NCBI GenBank assembly: GCA_958009085.1
Contig: OY253672.1
Location: forward strand, 1,116,001 to 1,180,000
Length of the DNA stretch: 64,000 nt
Reading direction: 5' to 3'
DNA from: Protoeuglena noctilucae
Taxonomy: Eukaryota
Part shown: in pieces, positions 1 to 11,776 of the stretch
Numbering within the stretch: position 1 is the first letter of the stretch
How the letters are laid out: each line of letters begins with the position of its first letter
Made by a program: the position numbers and the translations under genes
The notes under the pieces: model-generated
Seen by the model: only the letters and a program-made list of their open reading frames with translations
The model's database searches: none
What the model was told of the DNA's origin: nothing

Positions 1-1448
1 GTCGTTGCGGAGGCCAGCAGCGCAGCGTCCGGCCCGGGTCTAGAAGCAGGGCATGCCCTGCGCGGCGGCACACGCTGGCCCCGGAGCGCCTCCGGCAGCC
101 CGCCGACCACCGAGGTGGTTTCTGAGGAGCATCATGTATCGTCTGCGGTGGACGCGCTGCGTGCCCACCGGCCCCTCGCGGCCCGGGCCGCGCTGTCCAT
201 CCGGCCCCTCACGGTGCAGGGATCGCCCGAGCCCAGGCTCCCCGACCGCTCCCGAGCCAAGCGCGACCTGCACCAGCTCGCCCTCGACGCATGCTCCCGC
301 CGGAATCCACGCGAGGGACGCGGCGCGGTCGCGGAAGGGTGAGGATTTCAAAAGCCGCCCTCGACAGCTGGGCTCGCCGGCGACGCGCGCGATTTGCGTC
401 ACGACCCCCGCCTGTTTCACGTCGCAGAGCTCTTCTCTCCGATGCGGCTGGAGCCTGGGCCGCTGCGAGCCATGGGGAGCGCACGAACAGCACCTCCTCG
501 GACGTGCTTCGATCCAATGCTGAGAACTCTCTCCGCCTCAGGTGCGCAATTTTGCCTCGCGAATCTGCACCAGCTTCAAGTTTGCTGTCGGTTCGTCATC
601 CTGAGGAGGTCCGCGTTCGCCTCGCTCGCTCGCAGGCACCACGACTCGCGCCCGCTCTTGTTTGCTCTGGACGAGGCGGAAGCCCTGCCAGCCACAGTAG
701 AGATGCAGCTGGTGAGCCCGTGGGGATATGTCGTGTGGGATGCCAGACGACGCCAAGCGCTGGGAGCATTTGGGAGATGCGATTCGTTCCACGCATCCGC
801 AGCCCGACGGGGACGACATGGCGGGCGTTAGGGCCCCCCCGCGGCGGCAGAGGTCCCCGACGCACACCCCGGCTCTCCAGCGTATGGGTATCTTGGACGA
901 GGGGGCCGAGGGCAACCTGCCCAGCCCCGGGAGCCGCCCCAGCAACCGTGCGGACTGCTCGGGTGGGTGCCCGGGGTGCCATGGCAGGGCTGCCCTCCTG
1001 AGCGCGACGCGCGCACGCGGTGGCATTGCCTTGCCCCGCTTTCGCCGCAGCGTCGCTCGAGATCGGGTGGGAGGAGGTGCGTGGGACGGCGGCCAGCGAG
1101 GGCGTCCAGGGCTGGTCGCAGCACGACCGTCACGACTCTATCGACGGTTTCACGGCGGGCTTCCTGGATGAGGACCAGGCGCTGCTGGAGCGGGTGGTGC
1201 AGGGCCAGGGCATCGCCGAGGCTCGGCCTCACAAGCGCCACGGCAGCCTGGCACGGTCGGTGCTGGCGTCGGCCCAGCAGCCGCAGCACGAGCGGCTGCC
1301 CGGGGCTTTGGCGCCGATGTCTGACGCCATTCCCGTGCCGATTCGGGCACCCGCGGTGGAGGATGAGGAGCCCATCCTGTCGAGCCAACGCGAAGTCAAG
1401 CTCTCGGGGTCCCGGGTGAGGCGCGCCCTGTGCGCAGACGGGCCATGA
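1..1448 (+). CDS. Probable 3' part of an unidentified multi-exon gene
   Basis: Coding-like segments (1-339, ~640-710, ~1050-1448) separated by GT..AG boundaries; no recognisable domain. Confidence 0.3.
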
Positions 1449-1639
1449 GCAGCTGCGTGGCCCAGTCATCTCAACAGCATGTCGTGCCATGAATGCCCGC
1501 AGAGATTGAAGCGAGGGTCCGTGTTCATGGACCGCCTTCACGACTAGGTAGCACGGCGTGGGTGCAAGTCCACAAGACTCTGTTCACCAGGCTCATGCTG
1601 CTCTCGGCGCAAGCATCAATTGCGACGGGAGCGTGTCTG

Positions 1640-2876
1640 TCACGTACCACGGATCGGCTTGTCCCTTATCCATTTGGTGGCCACCCACTTGGTCCCTTGC
1701 CGCACTGGGCAGCCTCCATGCAGGGCATGGGGCTCGATCTCACCCGCCGGTGTCAGCGACCAGAACGCCAGCGCCCACCCTTTCCTCGGACGCACCAGGA
1801 GCCCGTGCTCGCAGCTCTGGTAGTCTGCGCGCGCGGGACATGTGCAACTGTGACCCACGTGTTGCCAACGATGTGTGATGCAACGCTCCCTTGCATCGGG
1901 TGCATCCTTGGCCGCACCGAGCCGTGCGAGTTGAATGCGACTCGGGCGTAAAAGCCACACGAGCGGAACGCACCAGAGTAGTCGCGGTTGGCTTTGCCCT
2001 CCCGGGGCAGCACCGTCTCGCCACCCTCCTCGACGTCAGACAGATACAGCAGCACGGTTGCCAGGCGGTTGGTGGGCTGCGGCCCGAAGTCCTTGGGGTC
2101 GAAGGAGTCCATGTGGGAGTAGTAGTGCTGCCCCAGCTGGTACCTGAGCACGTTGAAGCCCTCGAAGTGCTCCACGGGGATCAGCAGGGCCTCGGCGATG
2201 CGGCGCTCGATCTTGTCGAGCACGCCCTCAGGGTCGTTACCGGGGTAGAGGAACACCCCGTCCGACGTCCGGATCTCGGCGGTGCCCTGGGCCGACTCCC
2301 CCGCCCGCAGCGCCAGGGCTGACTTGGTCAGATGCGCCTCAGCCAGGCGGACGACATAGTCGCACTCCTCGTCCGTCAGGAACGCCGGGAAGAGCACGGC
2401 GCGAGGGTGCCAGGAGAGCACCTGCAGGCGAGTGGTGACAGGCGTGGAGACATGCACAAAGAGGGGCACGCCAAGTGTGGGCAGCGTGCAGGCGGTGGGC
2501 GCACCTGGTAAGGATAGCTCGTCAGGTACGCGTTGCCCTCGGAGCCAGGGACCACCGCGTCCCACTCCAGCGCCCGGTACCCGCCTGCCCCGGCACTGTC
2601 GGGTCCATTCACGGCCGCGCGAGCCTTGGCCGACGCCGGCAGGATCACGACAGATGCGCGGGCCCCGCCATTAGCGTGAACCTCAGCGCTATCGGTCAGC
2701 CGGGGCGAGGCCTGGGAGCGCTCAGTTGACCCGGGGAGCCGTGCTACGTACGAGAAGTAGCGGCCAACGTACCAAACGACGCAGCATGCCAAAGCCCCAA
2801 ACAACAGGTACGTGCGGACCGCCCGAGACGGCCTGTTGGCCGCAGAAGGCGAGAAGCTTGGGAGCAGCCCCGACAT
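1640..2876 (-). CDS. P4H: Prolyl 4-hydroxylase (2OG-Fe(II) dioxygenase, type II membrane anchor), multi-exon
   Basis: QVLSWHPRA..FLTDEEC, RTSDGVF, VLRYQLGQHYYSHMDSF, RLATVLLYLSDVEEGGETV, ALHGGCPVRQGTKWVATKWIR; N-terminal hydrophobic segment. Confidence 0.93.
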
Positions 2877-3285
2877 GGCGCTGGGTGCGCGAAATCTATC
2901 CGCGCATGGCGGTCAGTGACGCGACGGTCCTGCCGCCTTCGCGGCGTCGCATCGCTCCGACGCAGAGCCCCCGGAGCGTGGACGTGGTAGGATGTGCCCC
3001 GTCTGGAGCAGAACCCGTGTGATGTGGAGCTTTTTGTGCAAAAACCTCGTAAGAACACCGCACACGACTCAAGCGCTGTGCCCTGCGCCTACGCTGAATC
3101 TGTCTACAGGACCGCGGCGGCGTCCTCGTGATTCTGAAAAGCACCTGTTGCGCCAAAGCCACCCGGCGCAGCTTGCCTCCCCTTTCCAGCAGGCACTTGC
3201 CGGGTGTGTGGTGCCCACAAGAGATTTTGTGGCCGCTTTTCTGGTGCAAGGCGTGGACAGCGCGTTAACTGCAGCAGAAGGCATC

Positions 3286-6058
3286 ATGTCCGGGGGTGGC
3301 GAGGGCTTCCTGAAGCCCGGGGTCCTAGCAGATGGTCTGGCCCCGGTTCGCGGCCTCTCCCCGACGTCGGACGACAGCGATATGTGGGAGAATCTGGACT
3401 TTGTGGTGAATCCTCCCGTCGAAGCCGTCGTGTACGGCTGGGGCGTGAACGAGGACCACCAGATCGGTCTCGAGGACACGGGCGACATACCGGTGCGCGC
3501 TGCGGCGCTCTGCGTGACCGCGGGTGCCTCCCTGCCTTCGCCGTGGCTATTTGCATGATCTTGCATCGAACGTGCATGTTTTCACCCCGGCTGCAGCTCC
3601 CCAAGGTCGTGGACACGCTCCTGGGCATCCGCCTGCAAGGGCGCGTGTGGGGCCGCGATCCGATCGTCTCCGGCTCGCGGAACTCGATTGCGATCGATGC
3701 GCAGGGCCAGATGCTCTCGTGGGGCTGGAATGCGCGCGGGACTCTGGGCCACGGCCACGCGGGGGAGGTCAGCAAGCCGCGGCGCGTGTTGTTCGCCGAG
3801 GGAGTGCGGAAGAACGTCCGCGTGCGCCAGGTGGCCGTGGGGGGCTGGCACTGCCTCGCGCTCGACGAGGACGGCCAAATCTACGCGTGGGGAGGGAACG
3901 AGTACCGGCAGGCGAGGGGTCGGTGGGGGTTGGAGCCAGCCGCTGATGGCGGCCAGCCGTGGGGCCCTGTCTTGACGGTCGCACGCCCTCGCCCCTGTGC
4001 AGTGCGGCATCAAGACGGAGCACCGGGACGTGACGGTGGCGACGCCCGTGCTGCCCCGCATCCGCGCCGTTATGGTCTCGGCGGGCGGCATGCACTCGCT
4101 GGCCCTGACCGAGGGCGGGGAGGTGTGGATGTGGGGCGAGCCCTGGGGGGACTTCTCTCTCGACGCCACTCAGGAGCCGCGACGCGTGGAGATCGACCCC
4201 CGCGACCACGTCCGTAAGGTCTGCTGCGGGGCCTTCCACAACCTCGCCCTCACCGCCGACCACACCGTCCTCGCGTGGGGGACCAACGACTACGGGCAGG
4301 CGAGGCGGGGTAGCGGGAGGGTTTTAGAAGCGTGGTTTGCTGTCCGATTGACACTGACGGTGCCTTTGGCTGTGCCTGGCCTTGCAGCTGGGGCTGGGGG
4401 CGACGTGCGCCCACACGCGCAACAACAAGCCGACGGAGGTGGTCGGTCTGCGGGGGATCAAGGTGGTCGACATCCACGCCGGCGGGTGGCACAACGCCCT
4501 CATTACCTCTGAGGTGAGGGCCGCGGACACGCACAGGCACGCTCACCGGTGTCGATGCATTTCGTGTATTGCTGTTTGGAAACGATCGACCCCTCGTCAT
4601 TCGATGTCTCAAGGAGCCCCCTTTCCTGCTTTTTTGCTGTCCGAAAAAGGCCTCTCCTCTGCCGTCTCGCGCAGGGTCTCTGCTACACGTGGGGCCGGGG
4701 GGAGTACGGTCGCCTGGGCCACGGGGACCGTTCGGGCAAGTCGGCCATGCAGCCGACCCGCGTGGAGGGCCTCGTGCAGCATTTCGTGGTGCAGGTCGCG
4801 TGCGGGGGCAGCCACACCATGGCCCTCACGCACGAGGGACGCGTGTTTGTGTGGGGCCGGGAGTCGTTCGGCCGGCTCGGGGTGGCCACGCAGCGGGACG
4901 CCTTCTCCCCCGTCGAAGTGCACCTGTCAGGTGAGACCCTGCTCGCATCCCGCATCCCTATCTGCCGGCTATGATATCTCGGCGTCACCTGCCCGATGGG
5001 CCGGTTGACTTGCGTGGCTGCCAAGAGGGCTGGGCCATGCAGCTGCAAAAGCCAGCGCCCGTCTACGTGCCGCATAGATTCAACAACAACCCCGTCCGCT
5101 CCTGCGCCCCGCAGGTGGCTCGTCCCAATGGCGCGTGATCCACATCTCGGCAGGCGGCCGCCACTCCCTGGCCTACGCCCTTCCCCTGCGGGGCGAGTCC
5201 CCGTACGCCTCCTACCGCCCCACTCCGCGCGTCTCTGCCGTCACGTCGCCCGCCGTGGCCGAGGCGCGGGTCCCAGAGACATCGTCCCGGGCACCGCTCG
5301 CAGTCGCATCGCCCCTGCGCAGGGCCGCGGAGGAGTCGAGCAGCAAGCGGGGCGAGGAGGCGGGGGGCGAGGAGGACGGCGCGGAGGGGTCCACGCAGAC
5401 GGACAACACAGACTGGGAGAACCCCTCGCGGGGTGACACCCCCCGGGGGTCCACGCCCAGGGGAGGCGCCTCGGGCCCTGCCCAGGCCAGGGGGCTGGAT
5501 GGAGGGGGTGGCACGGGCGACGGGGGTGGCACGGGCGGTGTGGGTGGTGCGGGCGGGGGGAGGGCGCGGGGCTCGCCGGGGAATGGGAATGGGCAGTTGG
5601 GAGACAAGGGGGGTAAGCCGCCGGGGGGCAGCGGGGGAAAGGCGGCCCTTCCCAAGTCGGCCCTGACGCCGCCCTTCCCGCCGGGGCCTCCCGTGGCGCC
5701 GCGGTCGGGGGTCGCTGCGCCGGCCAAGGCGGCGACGGTGGCGGACTTCCGCAGGGCTGAGACGGTGCCGGGGCGGCGGCGGTCGGACCGGGAGGATGGC
5801 CCGGGGGGCACGGGCAGGGTCCGCGGGCGCGGGGCGGCGGTCTCGGGTGAGCAGGGCATTGGGGGGTCGCGCAGTGCGCAGGGTAGAGCCCCGGAGCAGG
5901 GCGGGGACGTCCCACGTGCTGTCCCTGCAGGCTACGACAGCAGCCGATCCGCCAAGTCCACGTCCCGCGTCGAGCGCATCGCCAGCCGGCTCTCCGCATT
6001 GGACATCGGGTCTGGCGGGGACGACTCGGATGGCGACGCCGGCGACGTGGAGTTCTGA
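3286..6058 (+). CDS. RCC1-repeat (UVR8/HERC-like) beta-propeller protein with Gly-rich low-complexity C-terminus, multi-exon
   Basis: Repeated motifs VYGWGVNEDHQIG, SWGWNARGTLGHG, VAVGGWHCLAL, TWGRGEYGRLGHGD, VACGGSHTMAL, ISAGGRHSLA. Confidence 0.88.
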
Positions 6059-6344
6059 CGCAAGATGCTGCACTGACTGACCTCGTCCCTGCGCCGGCGG
6101 CGGCACGCTGCTCACTTTTTCTGCCAAAGATCGCGTTGTCCGAGGCGACGCATTCCAAAGTTTCGTCGGAGGCTTTGAACCACAACGTGCCGAAGCCCAA
6201 GCTGCGCGACGGGCCGTTCGCCGCATCTCCCCGCAATCTTAGAGCTTTCGAGTGGGCTCTGTCGTCCCTCCCGCGCGATGGGGGGATCGTGATTGGCGGA
6301 ACGCGCACGCGTCTTCGGCTCGCAACGCGGGCCCCCTGCTCGTC

Positions 6345-8913
6345 ATGTCGTCGACCTCCGCATCCCAGGGGGGCCTAGGGTGAGTCCTCGATACCGATGT
6401 GATTCAGCCGCTCGCGACTTTCACCGGCACGGGGCGTTTTCCGCCGGCTGAATGCCGTGGCGTAGCGTCCGGGTTCGATCCGCCGTATTCGCGCTAGGCG
6501 CGATTCGTCGTCCTCTCCTCACCTCAGGGCCCTCGATGTGACCATCGTCGTTGCTTCTATCGTCGCCGTCTTCGTCATAGGCTTCATGGCGTCCCGGAAC
6601 AAGTCGCGTGGGGGTACAGATGCAGCGGAATACTTCCTTGCGGGGCGGGGCACCTCCTGGTGGCTATGTGCAGCGTCCCTGTTTGGTGAGTGCTGCAGGG
6701 GGCCTGCGAGACCTCGATAGGGTGCTACCTACCACCCTCCGTCCCCAGCACGCCCCAGCAGGCATCATGTGAGAGCGTCCCCTTCCCTCCAGCAGCCTCT
6801 AACATCGGCTCCGAGCACTTCGTGGGCCAGGCGGGCACCGCTGCGGCCTCGGGCCTCGCGGTGGCCATCTACGAGTGGCAGGCAGCGTTCTTCCTCCTCC
6901 TCCTCGGTTGGGTCTTTGCGCCCATCTACCTGCGCCTGGCCCTCACGACCACCCCGCAGTACCTCGAGCGGCGCTTCTCCCTCCCCTGCCGGCTCGTCGT
7001 CGTCGCCATCACCCTTGCCAACTACGTCACCAGCAAGATCGCCGCCGGCCTCTATGCGGGCGCCATCCTCCTAGAAGTCACGGCTGGCCTCGGCATGTGG
7101 GTCTCCGCGCCCCTCATCATCCTCGCCACGGGCGCTTACACCGGTGAGAGCGGCGCTGGCATCGAGTCAGTCTCACCTGCGATGCACCCAACGAGCTGGC
7201 AGCTGCAGCTTGTACCAACAGCTGGCGTCCCGCAACCCCGCAGTGTCCGGCGGCCTGCACGCCGTGCTGTGGACGGACGCCCTCCAGATGGTCATCTTCG
7301 TCTTTGGCGGCGCCGTGGGGGCCGGTGTGGCCCTGTCGGCCGTCGGCGGCCAGGCCGGCCTCTTCCGTACGATGGCCTCGGCCGGCTTCCCCGCCTACCG
7401 GCACCTCGTGCGCCCCGCGGACGACGCCGCGCTCCCCGGCGCCGGCATGCTCCTGGGCCAGCTCGTCTCCAGCACCTGGTACTGGTGCCTGGACCACGAG
7501 ATGGCCCAGCGGGTCCTGTCCTGCCGCGGCCCCGCCCACGCCCGCCTCGGCTCCGCCGCCGCCGCGCTCCTCAAGGTCCTCCCCGTCTTCATCGTCGTCT
7601 TCCCCGGCATGTGCGCCCGCGCCCTCTACGAGTCCTGCCGCGCCTCCGGGGGCGCCCGCCACCCCACGTGGTGCTCTGTCGACCTGCGGGACCCCGAGGC
7701 CGCCAACCGCGCCTACCCGCTCCTCGTGGTGCGCGAGTTCCCGCCCGGGCTCAAGGGCCTCATGGTCGCCGCCTTTCTCGCCGCCATGATGTCCAGCCTC
7801 TCGGCCGTCTTCAACTCGGCCTCCACGGTCTTCACCTACGACGTCTTCTGGCGGGCCCTCGCGCAGCGCGGGGGAGAGTCGGCCGACCGCGCCGGCCACG
7901 TCGAGCTCTCGGAGCGCGCCGTGTCGTCCCCGGACATGGAGGGCGGCCGGCGGGTGTCGGCGGGGAGCCCGGGGGACGCGGGGGAGAGGGACCCGCGGGA
8001 GCCCTCGCCGGTGCTCTTCCGGAACGCCCTGTGGGACGACGACGAGGGGGACGAGGGGGCGCTGGGGGGTGCGACACCCCCCCTCGGGGGCGTGGGGTCC
8101 AGCCCGCTGCGGCCGCGGTCGCCCAGCCCGGCGTGGGAGGCGGTCAAGCTGGGGGAGGGGACGGAAGAGCCGACGGTGCGGGTGGCCGGGGCGGGCTCGG
8201 GGGGCGGGGCGGACAGGCGGGTCCCGACCGCGGCCGAGCAGCGCACCCTCGTGCACGTGGGGCGGCTGGCCACTGCGGCCATGGTGGTGTTCTCGCTGCT
8301 GTGGCTGCCCGTGATCCGCGGGCAGCACGGGCAGCTCTACCTGGTGGCCATGAGCGCCACGCTGCACCTGGCGCCATCGGTCGTCGCCGTCTTTGTGCTG
8401 GGCGTGGCCTGGTCCCGCGCCAACGCCCAGGGCGCGCTGGCCGGCCTCGTCACGGGCGCCGTGCTGGGCGCGACGCAGCTCGGGGTCTCGATGGCCCGGC
8501 ACGGCTACTGCGCGACGCGCGTGCGGCCCACCCCGGACGGCCGGGCCGCGCTGCACCTGGCCGGCTGGGACTGGCTCAGCTGCCTGCACTTCCAGTACTG
8601 GACCCTCATCCTCACGGGCGTCTCGGCCGCCGTCACCGTCGCCGTCTCGCTGGCCACGCCGCCCCCGCCGGAGGAGCGGCTCGAGGCGTGCCTGGCGGGC
8701 GGGGGAGGGGTGCGGGCGTGGCTCTCGGGGTACCGGCGCTTCGGGGCGGAGGAGAGCCCCCTTTCGCCGGGAGAGAAGGGCAAGGAGGTGGAGCGGGAGG
8801 AGGGGGGAGGGGGGGCTCCGCCGCTTGAGCAGCGGTGGGTGTCGCGGGCCGGCGTAGCGGTGTCGGGCATCGCCGTCGGCACCATCGTGACGCTCTTCGC
8901 GGTCTACTGGTAG
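6345..8913 (+). CDS. Sodium:solute symporter (SLC5/SGLT-like), multi-exon
   Basis: EYFLAGR, ASNIGSEHFVGQAGTAAASG, GGLHAVLWTDALQ, WYWCLDHEMAQRVL, GLKGLMVAAFLAAMMSSLSAVFNSASTVFTYD; start at 6345 inferred from a short exon plus GTGAGT intron. Confidence 0.9.
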
Positions 8914-8953
8914 CGCCGCCGTTGAAATCGATCGCTGACGGCGGCGGGGACAC

Positions 8954-8998
8954 CCCCCCCCCCCCCCCCAAGACTCAAGGCGTAATGGTTCAGCCCGG
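8954..8998 (-). mobile_element. Extremely 5'-truncated LINE insertion (last ~29 nt plus G-run tail)
   Basis: Matches the 3' terminus of the LINE copies starting at 9019 and 17600; flanked by 15-bp direct repeat CGGCGGCGGGGACAC (8939-8953 and 8999-9013). Confidence 0.7.
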
Positions 8999-10868
8999 CG
9001 GCGGCGGGGACACGCGCACCCCCCCAAGACTCAAGGCGTGATGGTCCAGCCCGAACACGTCTGACACCGGCAGGGTCAGAGCGTGGGTCAACCGCGGCAC
9101 GAGGGTGCGCACAACCTTCGTGAACACTGAGCATGGCTTCGGGGTCATCATAACCAGCCAAGAGCGCCGGGCACAGGGGGGCGAACCCCCCCACTGGCCC
9201 CTTGGGAACCACACTCCCAGAGTGCGTGGGGGCTTTGCAAAGCGTCCCGGGGGCGGCAGCGTCGTTAGGCCACCTGAACGCGTGCGGTGAAGGCAGCGGC
9301 AGCCCCAAGGGACTGGGGGGACCGGATCTCGGGGACCTGGGTCCCCCGCTCTGTCCCACAAGGGGGCGCCAAAGCGTACCAACACTCCGAACATGACGTG
9401 AAACCCTCGGCCACCGCCCCCGACTCTGCTAGGCCCCCGCCCGCCGGCGCCCGCCCGAGGTTTCCTTGCGGGCACCCCGAGACGAGCGCCGACGGGCAGC
9501 CGGCTGTCCCGCGGGGCCGAACCCGGGCTTTAGAACCCTGGAGGGCCGGCGACCTTGAACTCCTGCACGTCCAGGCGATACCGCAATGTGAAGTACTCAC
9601 CACGTCCCACGCACGCGCGAGCAGGCTACCCACACCATCACAGGAGTGCCATCTAGCAGACCCGGTGGGGCGCACCTTGCCGTGGCAGCCTATCACGCCC
9701 CCCGCCAGCAGAAGCAGCACAGCTGCGCCATGACAGAGCGATGCGTGCAGAGGGCGCCATGGGATACGCTGGCGAGCCCTCACCTGTTGCGGCCTCACCT
9801 GGGACTTACCTGCGCGGCGGCTGCCACCGCCCCTGGGACACCCTCCCACGCGGACCTGCAATGCGGACCTTCCCGGCCGCTCACGCGGCAGCCGGGAAGC
9901 CGCGCCACGAGAACCTGCGGCCATCGGCGTGGGCGAGGACGAGCCTGTCGCCCCGCTTCCCCAGCAGAGCAGCGAGGCGCCCTGCCCCAGTGACAGCCAG
10001 AGTGTCTTGGACCTCGGCTGCCACGATGGCGCCAAGCTGGGCATAGAGGCCTGCGGGCGTCGACGGGGAGCGCCAGTTCTCCCAAAGCTCTTGGCGGCGC
10101 CTCCAGATGAGCTTGAAAGCCGCGCCCACGGTGACCGCCCACGAGTACTGCGTGAAACGGCTGGAGGGAGGGGGGGCCAGGTGGAACACCGCCCGCGCCG
10201 AGAGGGCCGGGGCCCGCGCGGCCGCCTTGACCGTCTCCCACACCTCCTGGGCCCTGTCACAGGCCCAGAAGGCGTGGGCGACCGTGTCGTCGTGGGAGCA
10301 CTGCTCGCCATCCCTGCGGAGGAGGGGGCACGTGGTGAGGTCGAGCCAGTAGCAGTGCGATGCGGTGGCACGCGCGTCGGCCAGCGTCAGCCACAGCGCC
10401 TCGTGCATCTGCGGAGACAGGGGGAGAGCGTTGATGGTCTTGAGAGCGGCATGCATGCCCGCCGCCGTGACCCCGTCCGGCCCGTCCTGGGCCTCCCCGA
10501 GCGCCCCGGCCCGGGACCACTGCTCCACCTTGCGGGCGAGCCGCGAGGTGATGGTGGCCCGGTCGAAGGCCACCCCCACCGCATGTCCGACCGAGTACTG
10601 CTTAAGCGGAATGGGGACGGGCACTTCAGTGGGGCGCCGATGAGGCTCGAGGACCCACTGCATGGAGGGGGTGACAAGGGGCAGGTTGAGCTCCACCCAC
10701 CACGCGGGCTCGGGGGCAGGGCGCATAACGGCCGACGCGACCTGGGGGCGGGAAGGACGGGGGAGGAGTTGAGAGTCCTGCTGCGCACAGTAAGCCGCCA
10801 GCGTGTGCTCCGCCCTCGCCAGGTCTGCGGGGGAGGGGACCTGGCCTGCGGCAAGGGAGCGGAGGTGA

Positions 10869-11657
10869 TGATGATGATGTGCAGTTCAATAGCTGAGGGT
10901 GCTGAGGTCCATCAGGATCCTCGCCGCACGAGCTAGGCCCGCGCGACAGGGGCGCCTTCCCCCGGGGCTGCCGCACCCCGGGGGTTCCATTATCGCAGTG
11001 CATATGGCACTTGGCCCGCCCCCGCTAGGTCCCCCCACCCGAAGGGTATGGGGCCGCCGCCCCGGGCTCCAGCGCCCCTAGCCCCTTCGCCGAACCGCCG
11101 CCCCTGCCGGGACGAGCAACCGCAGGATGCCACGCGAGCGGGCCCCTGGGTACAAATACAACAACGAAGCAACGAAGCAGAGACAAGCCCCCATGCCGCG
11201 GCGCAGAGCACTTTCGCCCCATGCTAACAACGGACCCCACCCTGGTCCCACCGGCGCGGTCCCCGCGTCCCGCCGGTCGCTCTGCGTCCCCGACACGAAA
11301 GCCTGCCGTCCCTCTGCACGCACACAGCGCGCAGCGCCCCGAAAGCCCCCCTAGTCTCGGGGGCGCGGCTTGTCCCGACCAGCAGAACTCGAACGCGTCG
11401 TGCTGCCGCCTGGCGCCTGCCAGGGGATATGCGACCGCATCAGCCGTCGCGAATGCACGCAAAACACCCAACCGCACCCCCTCGCCAACTCGCCAGCCTC
11501 CGCCATGGCCAAACCACCGCCGAACCACCGCACTGCGCGCCACCGCGCCATTTTTTGTGAACCGGCTCTTCGTCACCGGCCATAAAGGCGCGGTGTCCAG
11601 AGGGCGCCACGAGGAGGCGGCCGGCGGATCGCGCCATCGCGCGTCCGAGTCCCCCCC
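10869..11657 (-). mobile_element. Non-autonomous retroposon (789 bp) with HDV-like ribozyme head and (CAT)n tail
   Basis: 17-bp TSD CAAGGGAGCGG[A/G]GGTGA at 10852-10868 and 11658-11674; empty site visible at 19432-19448; ATG repeats at left end; no credible ORF. Confidence 0.85.
11562..11657 (-). ncRNA. HDV-like self-cleaving ribozyme (candidate)
   Basis: Minus strand: P1 G-run, J1/2 hairpin, P2 CCGGCC, P3 GCC, L3 UCCUCGU, P3' GGC, P1' GCCCUCU, GG (P1.1), P4 CACCG..CGGUG, J4/2 ACGAA, P2' GAGCCGG. Confidence 0.75.
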
Positions 11658-11776
11658 CAAGGGAGCGGGGGTGAGCAGGGAGGGAGCCGCAGGCCGCAGG
11701 GGACAGAACCAGGCCCTGCCAAGGGTCCCACGCAACCAGGATACCCACGAGCTGCTCAGCCACGCCCATGGTCCAG

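Larger units (their letters stand above)
9019..11767 (-). mobile_element. 5'-truncated L1/Tx1-like non-LTR retrotransposon, copy 1 (ORF2 C-terminus plus ~860-nt 3' UTR), interrupted by an insertion at 10869-11657
   Basis: ORF ending at 9881 has a zf-RVT-type CCHC motif (CPLLRRDGEQCSHDDTVAHAFWAC..AQEVW, LIWRRR); near-identical to 17600-19541. Confidence 0.88.

Noticed and set aside
6690..9027. Long overlapping and antisense ORFs (also 35297-36937 and 57703-59373)
   Set aside because: Shadow ORFs expected from very high GC3; Arg/Pro/Gly-rich with no motifs
8939..9055. CRISPR-like repeat-spacer pattern
   Set aside because: Eukaryotic context, only two units, and fully explained by a TSD plus a repeated LINE 3' end
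9166..9286. Twister-like words (CCUAAC, UCCCAAG) in the conserved core
   Set aside because: Not conserved in the 11924-12044 homologue, and I could not build the two pseudoknots
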